This document shows positions 11,601-23,700 of a DNA stretch of 64,000 nt, piece after piece (position 1 is the stretch's first letter; every line of letters begins with the position of its first letter). Made by a program: the position numbers and the translations under genes. This DNA is from Perna viridis (Eukaryota), in NCBI GenBank assembly GCA_037379345.1, contig CM074513.1:26412001-26476000 (forward strand), given 5' to 3'. Under the pieces are notes generated by a model. That model was not told where the DNA came from. It did no database searches and worked only from the letters and a program-made list of their open reading frames with translations.

Positions 11601-14600
11601 TTACTTCTAACAAACTGAGTTCCAATTATATCTCTTTCACTGATCACCTACAAATATGTAGTTAGCTTCAATAAAATGTGATCATGTCCAGCTATGATAA
11701 AAGTTTTCTACAAATATTTGTGCATGATTTCTTTAAAAATTGAGAAAATCTGTACATATCACTTAGCAACAGTCCATAATTAATTAATTCCAATTGTTTT
11801 TAGTTTATTAACGTCTAAGACATTTCAATATATTTGGATTCACGGAGAAAGTTTTATATAACTACAATATGAGCTTGTTTAACTTTTATCATCATAATTC
11901 AAGACAAGGGCTAGTATACCACTAATCATAATGATAGAAACCAAGAAACCAGTTTAAATTTTCAAGAATTAATTAAACTTTCAAAAATAATGGAGACTAC
12001 AAATGACATTATTATAATAACCAGATTTTTATAAAATAAGGAAGAGTTTTTTAAGTTACCTGGTCAAGCTCTTTCTTTTGTCTGATTCTCTCCGCGTCAG
12101 CTTCAGCGATGATCTTCAACAACTTTCTCTCTTCTGTCTCCTGAGCAGCAATGAAAGCTTTACACTCACGAGCCTGTTCTTTTCTCTTCTTCAAATCATC
12201 ACGTAATGATTCCTTGTCTTTCTCTACCTTTTTGTTGTCAAAATAAGACTTAATTAAGGAATTCTCTTTGGACTGGATATCCTCCTTCAGCTGACTGATC
12301 AGATGGTACATGTTCTTCAGTTTCTTTGCCATTTCTTGAATCTCTGCCTGTTCAAAGAAAATTGATTTGATGTTGATGGTCAAACAGGGAGATATACTGC
12401 TTATTCCTAATGCATAAGTTCATGCAAGCTAATGAGCAAATAATAATAGTCTTTCTGTTGTTCTAAAATACTGTGAGTTCACATATTCACACAAAACAGT
12501 TAAAAAATTGTGCAAAGAACTACACAGTTGAAGGTTAAATGTCACTCATTTTATGTGATTAGAACTTTGTAACATCACAATAAAATAATTTCTTTCTTAG
12601 ACAGAAGTAATTTCTTGGATGTTTTATGTATCATAACAAAACTTAAGTGTAGATATAGCACTGTTTACTTTCATTCCTACATATTAGAAAAGCATTGTTA
12701 AACTAACCTGAGATTCTATGAGGTTCTTACTATAAACATTTCTATCACTTCTGACAGCCTCATATAAGTTCTGTTGTTGTTTAAGCTTGGTTTCAGCTTC
12801 AGCAATCTTCTTTTTCAGCTCAAAAATCTTCATTTCCTTCTTTTTCACTTCTTCCATGTCGTTCAGAACCTATTTAGAAATTTGAAAATATAAAAAAAAA
12901 AATATAAATTGTATAAAAAATGTACAATTTCAACTAATTTAAAATGTACATTGACTTTTTTTTCTCTTTATTTTTTTTTCCAACTGACATTTCATATTTC
13001 GTATTAAAAACATATTAATAAAACTGAAAAAGATGAAATTGCAAATACAATATTAATGATCCATTTAATGCATATTTACAAATATAGAACTGTTCATAAA
13101 ATCATTAACATTTGTAACATTTGTTTGTTCGTTTGTTTGTTTTTTTTTAATTTTTATTTGCTCAAAGAACAAACCGGATAGGAGACAGGTTATTCCGACT
13201 TACGTGGTCTCCTCCCCTTCAATACAATTTGTCACAACCACTTCAATATAAGCACAGTAGCATGCATCAATTGAACAATCATTTCAAACAACATTTACAG
13301 TCAAAACATTTCTCCTTCTCAATATCAACTTGGCATCAATTTCAATTTACCTGATGTGTGAAATCACTGGCTTTCTGAATGTACTGGTCTCTTTCCTTCT
13401 CAAGTTGGTATATAATTTTTCTCTGCTTTTTGGCTTCTTCCCTAAAGTTTTCAATTTCTTGCTGAAGATGTTTCTTTGAGTTCTCATGGAACTTGACAAG
13501 TTCTTCTTGTTTTCTGGTTGCAGTTTCTGCTTTCATTGCATTCTGAAAGAAAAATATTTAAGTAGAGGTCTTTTTAAGAATCATAAAAATTCTGTAATAT
13601 GTGATACATCCCCAAAAAGGCTACACATTTCAGGGGTCTATATGATGAAATATATAATCATTCATTCCAATCTGTCTGTTCTTAATTAATTCACATGGGA
13701 TATTCAATAGTTTCAATTGTATTTCAGTGTCATTTACATAGTTATCTCCCTTAAATTTTAATTGTATAGTGCATTCTTTATAATTTTATATCTCCTATGA
13801 ACAGGGGTTATATGAAATTTTTGTTTACTTTTACATTTAAACAATATACTAGTATCAAAAATAAAAATATGAATTGCATATTGCATGATTCTCAACTGGA
13901 GTACTACTTAAAGCGTAAGTCATGACAACAAGAATCTACAATAGATCTTTTTCCTGATGTAAAGTTCTGATAATTGTTGTCTTCATCATCAAGTTAGTCA
14001 CTCTCTCCCTCAATTTCAAGATAATAATAACACCTTAGAAAAATGGATTTTCTTCAGGTTTTAGAAGTTAATGAAAAAAAATTGACAACAACAACCTACT
14101 AAAGATTTATTACTTAGCTTTTGCAAAGAAATTAAAGTCCATTCTATAATTTGAAAATTAATGTATACCTTTTTGAAAATGTCCCTATTTCTGGTAAGTT
14201 GTTCAATGTCTTTCTTGTCTTGCTCAGCTTTTTTGTATGCTTCATTCAGTTCTGTGGAGAAAAGTTAAAAGAAAAAATTCAGATAACAAATTTAATGTAT
14301 TTAAACTTTTAAACTTACATTCAATAAAAAACAAAACCACATATCATACCGATAACATCTTAGGAAAAGGGTAGATTTTTTAAAGGTTTTTGATGTTCAT
14401 GGAAAAATTATCTGTCCTGTGCTGTAAATTATGTTAATGTTTTCAGAAGCCTTGATATATTATGGGGCATTGTGATATAAGATGATTATTAAAAGAAATA
14501 TTTCCTGGACCACAGTAAAATTAAATTTTGAAAATTCTTGACGTACGGTTTTGATAATGGTTGTTTTCATCTTTAAGTTTATCTCTCTCTCCCTCAATCT

Positions 14601-17600
14601 CTGCCTTTCTTGATTCAACCTCTCTGATCTTTTTCTGTATTCCTTCTCTCAGTTTGTTTACATGTTGTGTTTCTTTCTTTAGATGGTCCACCTCATTTTC
14701 CTTTTGCTGTAAAAAAAGTAGCAAATATCTGTAATGTTTTACAATAACTTGCATAAAAATTTTTAAATGTACATGTACAATGATTTTGGATGTTGTTGTA
14801 GAATTGTTAAACTATGAAATGGAGCAAAGTTGATTAAAACACAATGGGCTACATCGATGAATTATCCAAAGACATGATATGATACTACCTATTTTGAAGT
14901 GATATGACCCTTTTTCCCCTTTTGGTTGCACTATACAAATGTGATTTAGGTGCACTGTTTAAAAAGATAATGCATTGTTACATATCATCCTTTGCATCAA
15001 CAATTGATGTATACCAGTCTTCAAGCAAATCTCTCAGGCTTGATATAGAAGTTGTGTTGATACTCAAGCCAATTTAGGAAAATGCATTACATTAATCTAT
15101 AATTATAAAATAATATTACATACATGTATTAAACAATTTTAGTCATAAGGGTAACATATCATAGAATCAATATATCATGAAGACAAAACTGTATTCCATC
15201 TGGTGATGCTGTGACTTTTGCTTGTCATTTAATAATCATATCCTACCTTTAACTCATTGACTCTAGATGTGTTTTCAGAAGCTAGTTGTTCAGTAACTAG
15301 AGACAGCTGTTCAAACTCTTGCTGAAGTTTGTGTGACCTGCTGGTAAGGACTTCATAATCCTTTTTTGATCTTTCATTCAGAACCTTAAAATTAAATTAT
15401 GTTAAGTTTTTATATATAAAACCAGCAATCAAGTCTTGATACAAGATTTTCCATGATCAGGTTTTCAACGATATGGGGGCATTTTTATTTTGTTACAGGA
15501 ACTGGGAAGTCTGAAATCTCAAAAGAACCTAATTGAGACTATTTCTGCCCTGCGTGGTATGGAAAAACAGAGGTATACATTTATGTGCAGTTCATTACAT
15601 GTACCCCTTTAAAATGATTCACCTTTGTTAATACCTTATTCATTTGTTTTATTCATCAGTTAAACATACCCTGAGATCTTTTGATTTCTGTTCAAGTTTG
15701 GCAATATCTTCCTTGTAAGCAGAAATCATTTCTTCAATAGATTTACACTCATTTGTTCTTGTTTCCAAGCAAAGTTTGGCATCCCTTAACATCCTTTCTA
15801 CTTTATCTTTCTTCCTCCTCTCTTCTTCAGCATCCTTATTCTTTTCAGTTATATCTTTTTTAAGCTGTAAATCAATAAAGTTTGCAAAGCATTATGTCTG
15901 AAACATATATCATGAACAAATTTTAAATTCTTACAAAGTATTCAATAAATGTGACCAATGTACTGCGACAAAACTAAAATATCTATATGAAATATGGATC
16001 ATCCTGCCATTAAAAATCCTATGTGCAGACATTTGTAACAAGAATTGAACCCTTTTTCTTCATATTGAAAGGTATGAATGATATTTTTAGGGGTTAATAA
16101 AATTGGGTTTACAATGCGATTTTGAACATTCAGAGGCTAGTAAAACTATGATGATATATCAATATACCTGTATTGTATCTTTATCCAATTATAGACTGGG
16201 TCAAGAGTTAAAAATAAATAATAAAGAGTGGATGCAAAGCCCTACACATAATTTTACAGAGCACTTTCTTCTTTCACAGCTAAATTTACTTCATAAATCT
16301 ACCTCTGCTATTTTCTCTTCAGTTTTTGCTCTCTCTTGGTCTAGCTTGTGTTGTTCAGAAAAGGCTTGAGCCAGATGTTCCCTTAGTTTGACAATCTCCT
16401 GAAGTTGTACATCTCTCTCCTTTGTCAGTTCTTCTTTGGTTTTTAACAGCTCATTCACACTACGACAATTAAAATTTTTAAGAACTAGAAACTTTGAATA
16501 ACAAAGAAAACAATATTGTCATCCATTGTTTCAATTGGAGTTATCCATCATTACAGTTGTTGCATTTATCAGTAAGTTAATATTAGTAAAAAAAAATGCT
16601 TAAGAAAGCATAACTGTGACCTTCTTTGTGGTGTCGTTACATCACTTTTAGTTTGATTTTGAAGAATTATCATCATTCTGATTTTATTACTTTGTTGTTG
16701 GGGCCTTTCAAAGCTTATTTAATGATGTGTGATTACATTTGTTGAAGACCTATCGGGAACCTCTGAAAGTGTTTACTATTTTGGATTTAGGTTATATGCT
16801 ACAGTGCATTTGTTGCATTTCGCCATCTCCATTCTTTTTTCCAGTCACTCAAGCTTTAATCTGTGTTATTCAATTTCAAATCAACAAACACAAACTTACT
16901 ACACTGAAAGGAGAATTTTTATTTTTGTGCTGTAGTTGTAGTTTTACCTTTTCTCTTGACCAATTGAAAGCCCAGCTCCATGTTCAATAGCTTTGGTAAG
17001 GTTATTAATGTCCTTCTTTAGAGTAGTAATCTTTTCTCGTGTTTGTCTTTCCTTTTCCCTGGCATTCACTTCATTCTCAGTTGCTTGGGCTTTTTCCTAA
17101 AAGTAAAAGTAAATTGAGTTTTTTTTTGTGCTAAAAAGACAGTGGTAATCTATTAAGTGTCATTGTCCAAAACAATAAATATGAAAAAAGTGACATTTGA
17201 TCAGAAATTCTTTATAAGTAAGGACATAAATAAAAAAAAACTCAAAGAGAGGATAACTGTAGCTGATGAAGATAGTAACTAGTCCTGTTAATTTCCAATG
17301 TTCCTTCTTAGAGTTCCAATGTTTGAACATGACATTAACAAGTGTACTTACTTCCTTTAATTCAGCAATTGTCTGTTGATCATCATGAGATAATTTCTGT
17401 GATGTCTGAACTTTTGCTCTGTTTGCAACAGTCTCTGCATTCAGTTCTCGACATTTTCCCATCAATCTTTTTTCTTCTTCATGAGATTTTTTCAAAGCTT
17501 GGTAAAGCTTTTCATACTCTGACCGAAACTTTTCAAGGCTTCTGTCTCCAGAAAGCTGGGATAGGACCTATCGAACGTATGCGAATGTATAGAAAATGAA

Positions 17601-20221
17601 GACAGAGTCATGTTTTGATGACTTTTCACATTACATGTAAAAACATGTACAAAATGTATGACTATGACTAGGAGTAATCAGTAGATTTAGGAACAAACCC
17701 AGGGGTAAAAATTAGGAAATACAAGCTTGTAGCCCAGACCACATTTGGTTTAATATTTTCTATATGTTCAACTAAATTTTACCAAAAAGTTTGGTATCCC
17801 AACTCAAAACCTAGTAGTCATGGGCTACTGCTAGTTTTAATCCATGAAACCCAAATTATAATATAACATTTTACTTCTAAAGTAAAATTAAGAAACAAAT
17901 AGACAATTATGTGTAAGTGTTTGTAAGAATCAGGCAAAATGGGAAAAATCAGAAACATGCATGTCAAAACCCCACCAATCTGACAATATAATATCACTCA
18001 AGGATACTTTCTCTATTGAAAAAAATACCCTTATTTAATCTCTGCAATAGAATGTTAGAAAAATGAGGTGTTTGACAGAGTTATCTGCCCTTGAAATTTT
18101 CATTTTCATTGCATTTAAATGAAATTATAAACTTATTATACACCAACATGATATGGGAAATATTAATTTTTTTCCTTGATTCTGTTGGTGCATATAGTCA
18201 AAATGATGGATTTTTTTCATACCATGTCTCAACCACTGCCTGATTCTTACAGACACTGACACTTAAGGGTAAGTTAATGCGGTTGTTACATAAAACAAGA
18301 CAGCTGGTAATATCTTTACTTGCATAATGTTGTGAATCAATATCAGATTTAGTATCTATCATTCTGCTTATTGGTGCTTCAGTTTCTTAACTTATATTCA
18401 GAGAAAAATTTATTGTTGAAAAATCCAAAACAGAAGTTGACCTGTGTGTCACATTTTTAAACTAAGTTGTGTTGAGAGATACTTTATATCCCTTTAACCA
18501 TCAATCAATGACAGATAAATGAAACCAATTACTGAATTACAAACCTCAAGAAAATCCTCCTCCATATCTTCAAAGGCTGCATCATCAATATTTGATCTGT
18601 CCACCACAGCCAATTCATTTGATTCCTTAAAAAGAAGACAAAATTGTTTTGAAGGAATTAAACTACCCTTTTACATGCACTTACTAAAAATTTAATTGAT
18701 ATAAAATTTTCATACTTACACAAAACATCAACATAAATGTACAGAATAGCAATAAAGATTAATAAATAGTAGAATTGTTTTTCATAGGTTTGGAAGCATG
18801 AATGGTTACATTATCAACTGGATCCACTATACGTATGGCCAGAAAAGCAACGATATCTGGTTCACAAAATTCAGGGAATTAAAACAGTACCATGGCAGCT
18901 CTATTTTCACATACACACACTATGTATGTACTTTGTAATTGTGATTGTGAACCAAACCAGTCTTGGAAGAATAATCAAGGGAACCAAGGTTATAGCAGTA
19001 ATCAAAATAATGTAATCCAGGAACAAAAAGCAGACATGGAAAACAGACACACACAACAAAGAACAAGAAGTAAATAAAATCAAATATACATACGATGTAT
19101 ACAAGGAAACAAAAGCAAATGAGCAACTTGGACTCCACTAAAAACTTGGAGCATGGACCAGGTGCAAGGCTATGGTAAACGTCCTCTGCTTTTCAAGAAA
19201 TACCCACCGAGTTGCTCATAAAAAGTCAAGTCAAGGGTAGACGAAAGAGGAAAGGAAAACTATGACATGTTCAAATCATAGCTTTTTTAAAAATGGGATT
19301 GCCCAAGAGTCAACAGTATGATGGTGCCCAAATGTTTATGAAAATGAAGTAATCAGTTTTACCTCACAAATGCTGATAAATTAGCCCAAAGACATTTCAG
19401 ACCATTACAATTTGGACAATTCAAACCATATTGATACATCATTAAGATTTTTTAACATATGGAAGGATATAAGAATAATACAACAGGGCTTTCAATTGAA
19501 AGGAGATATGAATTTATGTTTCTTCGGGAGCATTTCAGATTTAACCTGTCTCATATTCCATCTACATATATCTTAAACTGATAGTAACCTAAAAAATTGT
19601 CACAAAAGCTTACTCTAAAACATTAAAAAAAACATGAAAACAACTAAAAGTGAACAACAGTCAAACTGACCAGGGAAATGAGAGTAATACTGACCAAGAT
19701 GATTTCTCCACTACATATATAATGTACATGTATATCTACATTTTTGTTTGCAACTTGCCTCCAGGATCCAGGCTCCAATTTTGTTTTCAGTGACTTAGGA
19801 AATTTCATAGGATTTTCTTAAAAAGGTAAAATAAAACCTAATAAAACCATATCCTATTCAATTTGTAAAACCTGTATTGGGGTCATATGTGCTCATTCTA
19901 CCTTTATAGTTCATAGTCACACCATAAAAAAGTGAGCTCTATGGTTAATACATGTATCTTAATTATGAAATGCTGGATCGGCTGGGGGATAAAACAAAAT
20001 TTCAAGTATGTTGAACCGGTGCTCATTTTTATAGGCACTGCTTATTCCATATTATTGAATGCAATGAAATGAACACTGAATTCTACTATATTTAATTTAT
20101 AATGATTTGTGTCTTTTTTGCATTTGAGTTCAGATCTCATATCAAGAGAACTTTATAAATCACGTTTGGAATAACTTATTATATCAATGGCAATGACAAA
20201 ACTTTAGAATACCTCTAACAT
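8628..20221 (-). CDS. CFAP58: Cilia- and flagella-associated protein 58 (CCDC147) paralogue, divergent copy, 17 exons, about 878 aa
   Basis: Exons: 20213-20221 (ATG TTA GAG; alternative in-frame ATG at 20227), 18545-18625, 17352-17567, 16948-17096, 16303-16459, 15670-15864, 15247-15384, 14547-14706, 14169-14251, 13351-13542, 12708-12869, 12060-12347, 11424-11647, 10694-10805, 10092-10316, 9596-9729, 8628-8739. Sum 2637 nt, in frame. Motifs KCRELNAE, LYEAVRSDRN, ENPMNIHRWRKLE, LARQPGPE, GGGF. Exon 1 is inferred by symmetry with the other copy. Candidate AATAAA at 8247-8252. Confidence 0.93.
11116..11550 (-). repeat. Tandem triplication (about 143-144 bp unit) of an exon 3' end plus its splice donor
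   Basis: Units start at 11116, 11260 and 11403. Only the third is part of the true exon 11424-11647. Confidence 0.95.
16610..16840 (+). mobile_element. Degraded SINE-like repeat (possible Nin-type core)
   Basis: GGGGCCTTT..AGCT...GTTGAAGACC core. A similar reverse-complement core (GGTCTTCAATGA...CAGCTGGTCCC) occurs at 42780-42945. Family name is from recall only. Confidence 0.35.
18966..19275 (+). mobile_element. Interspersed repeat family A, long copy in intron 1 of minus-strand CFAP58
   Basis: About 300 bp of similarity to the reverse complements of 42403-42690 and 49315-49613. Confidence 0.85.
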
Positions 20222-20292
20222 CACCATTTTTCGCCTCTTGTGTGGCTATTTTGATCAAAACATTGGCATCTGTCTGTGTGTCACCATTTTTT

Positions 20293-20307
20293 GTTGTCAT
20301 TGACAAC
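20293..20307 (-). promoter_or_regulatory. RFX X-box-like element for minus-strand CFAP58
   Basis: Perfect inverted repeat GTTGTC-ATT-GACAAC, 71 nt upstream of the ATG at 20221. RFX X-boxes typify ciliary gene promoters. Confidence 0.65.
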
Positions 20308-20694
20308 GTGATAGGAGTACTGTCCCGACCATTTATTCGAATTACAAGTACTTTATCATTTAGCAATGTTATCCGCTAAATATTTTGAGAAAAAAATCTT
20401 CTTAAAACATGTTAAGTGTGTTTTATTAATATTGGTATTTTATTGATGATTTTAATTATTTACTCTGAACTGACAGTGCTTTGTGGTATACGAATACGGG
20501 ATCGAATTGCGCGACATTATTAAAAGGTTTATTTTGCTTTCGAATTTTGGAAATAACTTTCTTGAAATACTTGTAGCCTATATAATATGCGATATAAATC
20601 TTTCATCTTTTGAAAAATATTTTTTAATGTTAGATTTATAGTAGAATTTTGTTTATTGTTGCGAAAATTATTTATTCGAAACTGATATTATTTT

Positions 20695-20709
20695 GTTGTC
20701 CTTGGTAAC
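20695..20709 (+). promoter_or_regulatory. RFX X-box-like element for plus-strand CFAP58
   Basis: GTTGTC-CTT-GGTAAC, 69 nt upstream of the ATG at 20779. Confidence 0.7.
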
Positions 20710-20778
20710 AGAGCTGGAGTAAATTTTGATGGATATTATTTCTGCCCGATTTTGAAGTTTTGCTCGATTTAAGACATA

Positions 20779-23700
20779 ATGGCAGAGGTAAAAATGTCAA
20801 TGCGTGTAAATTTCTTACCGCGCTTTCATTTTAGTGTATTAATCTCAAGAGGTTGTTGAGGACTGTCATCATGTTAATGCATGCATGGCATGTCATTATA
20901 GTCTTCTTCTGCTTGTTCGCCATGTCGGTTATGTGATGCTTGCTCATTAGCAGATATTGAAAATATTTGTTCAGTGTCCCAGCTAGTATTTCAAAGGGTG
21001 CCTTGCAGGTCTTGTAAAAGGGCACTTAAGTACACTGTTGAAATTCAATTTGATGAGTTTAATAAGGTATGGTCTAAAATGTGTAACCCGTAGATGTACC
21101 CATACCAACTTTTCCCCATATCCAAATATTTTTTTGCTAAAATATACATTCTTATGGTATGTTCAGAACTGAAAATTGCATGAGTTGTGAAAAGTATGTT
21201 TCAATTCAATTCTCGTCAAGAAAATGATGTATACTTTTCTAATATTTCTTGTTTATTCAGTTATCTGAAGTCAAAAGGTGTAACAACAATTTATTGACTA
21301 TTTCTCACTGTCCTGTCGAATTTAACGTTTTTCTAAAATCATTAAGAGGTTAAAATTTCACCCTAAGATTTCAGGTAAAGTTTTGAAAGATTTGATATTA
21401 TTTTAAAAAAAGAAGTGATTGAGTTTGAATTCCGCACCATACCTAGCGTCAATCCCCGTACCAGCAAAGAGTGAATAGGATCTTATCCAGAATGAAAAAC
21501 AAAGTCTCATTAAAAGAGTCTGATTCGATTTTAATTTATGGTCAATGAAAATTTTGTTAATTTATGATGTTCTAATGTCCAATATGCATTGCATTAGTAC
21601 AGAGAACAAAAATACTGGACTTTGATTTTTGGGTACAGGAATTTTGGGTGACACGTTTTAGACCTTTTGAAAACAGAAAATCGAATAAAATCAATTTTAT
21701 CAACAAACATTTTTACAATCATTAATTTCTAGCCTAAACATCATGTCATTTTGTAAATGTGTACCAACTTTTAGCTGGAAATAGCTAGTAATAATGAAGA
21801 AATTGGCAAAATGGTATTTGGGTATGGGGAAAAGTTGGTACAGGTATGGGTTAAACATTTTAGACCGTACCCGAGATTAATCCTCTAGCTGCCAGGTGAA
21901 TATATGTGTCCATCACCGGCTCCCTGCAAAGCGGACATATACATGTATGTCCTTTTTTAATGAAAAATAGCCTGTAACTTTTAATCTCCTTCTACCTATG
22001 TTATCGATTCATTAAGGTGTAATAAAATGCACATATGAATATTGGAATATATAAAGTATATAAACATGATGACATAATTTCGTTAATGACATCATGAACA
22101 CTGACTTCACAAATTAGTAAGGAAGTGGTGTGACTCCTGTCATGCTGGGTTACATGTATGTGTTAGACATTCACAGAGAACGATATTTTAAGGATTGAGA
22201 ACAGAACTTCATTGGTAAATGAATAAGACTTCCACCTACTTCCAGTTTTATTTTTTTTCACCTTGTTACTGCTGGAAATATTTCTAAGTTTTTAATGTCT
22301 GTAACAGATGTGTGGTCAGTGTTTAAATCAAAATTTGTAGAAACTTGCATTATATGTTCAGTTTTAAGGAAAAGAAATGCACATCGAATAATATTCGAAC
22401 TGATAGTCATTATGGAAATAGGGACAATTTTACCTCTTGTGAACAAAATTTGATATAAATCTGATAAAGGGTGAGTGTACACAACATTTTTCAATTTATC
22501 AGTATTAATTGATGTCACACTTGTTCCGAAATTGTGGAAATATGTCAAACAATTGTGACGTATGTGACATCGTTAAAAAATTTGATTCTGGCAGCAAGGG
22601 GGTTAAATCATTTCAAATCACTAAAATTAGGTTCTGTCGATTAGAGCTCAGTTACAGGTTACTTACATTCAATCAGCAGTCTACGTTAATCATCAAGATA
22701 AACGGGTAGAATATATTGCAATGTGCACCCATCATTTATAAAGAGGAAAATGAGAAAATGAATACATGTAAGCAATTTTGAAAAAGGGCACATGGCATCA
22801 CTTTAAAAATGGTGGGTTTACTACCCTGTAAAAAAGGCCTACCAGAAATACTGGTGTATGTCACTTGTAAATATAGGATCCAATGCATTTTAGCTATTAA
22901 ATTACAGAATGGTTGAAAAGTAATATTGTATTTACAATATGAAAGTAGAACACATTTCAGTCAAAATTCAAAATTTGCAAGAGTTCAGGAAGCCCTTTTT
23001 GCTAAGACTTTTATCTAATCTGAAGTTTATGCTAGGGATCAAGATGACCAAGCAAAAAAAATGTTAACCTCTTAAGTATTACCATGTGTGACTTAACATG
23101 TATCACAATTTTTCTACTACAAAGTTTTAATCTAACTGACATGGCATATGTATGAACATTGTCTGATTGCTCTTGATATTAAGAAAAAAAATCATCTGTC
23201 AATCCAAATTAGATCCATGCACAATATAATTAACACATGCAGTTATCTTTCCTAATTTTGATATAAGTTAAAAAGCAATTTTAGGATATGAGAGTGGTTG
23301 AAAGATTCATGCTAACAGAATTAAAGAAAGAATAATAATTAAAAAATACATTTTTTGTACTTGCTACAATGTAAAAATTACCCCTGTTCTTTATTTTTTT
23401 GCATTTTGTTGAAAATGTTAATTGTCATGACATCAGAGTATTGACCAACTGTATTTTACATTGTATGTATATGTTTTTCAGGAAAAGGGAGGTAAATCCT
23501 CTATTGATGACAGTGCATTTGAGTCTCTTGAGAAAGATTTTCAAGATGTAAGTATTCAGCTAAATATAGCATGGATTGACTTTCAAAAGACAGGTTAAAA
23601 GTAATAGAATTTATTAGGTGAGCTATTTAAGTTTGATCCAAAATACTCCATATGCATGTACACATGTAAATGTACAGTATTCTCAAAAATATAGCATGTA

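Noticed and set aside
20184-20366. 60-aa minus-strand ORF as the first exon of CFAP58
   Set aside because: Its frame gives a phase-1 junction at the 20212 donor, incompatible with phase-0 exon 2. The MLE frame fits and mirrors the paralogue.
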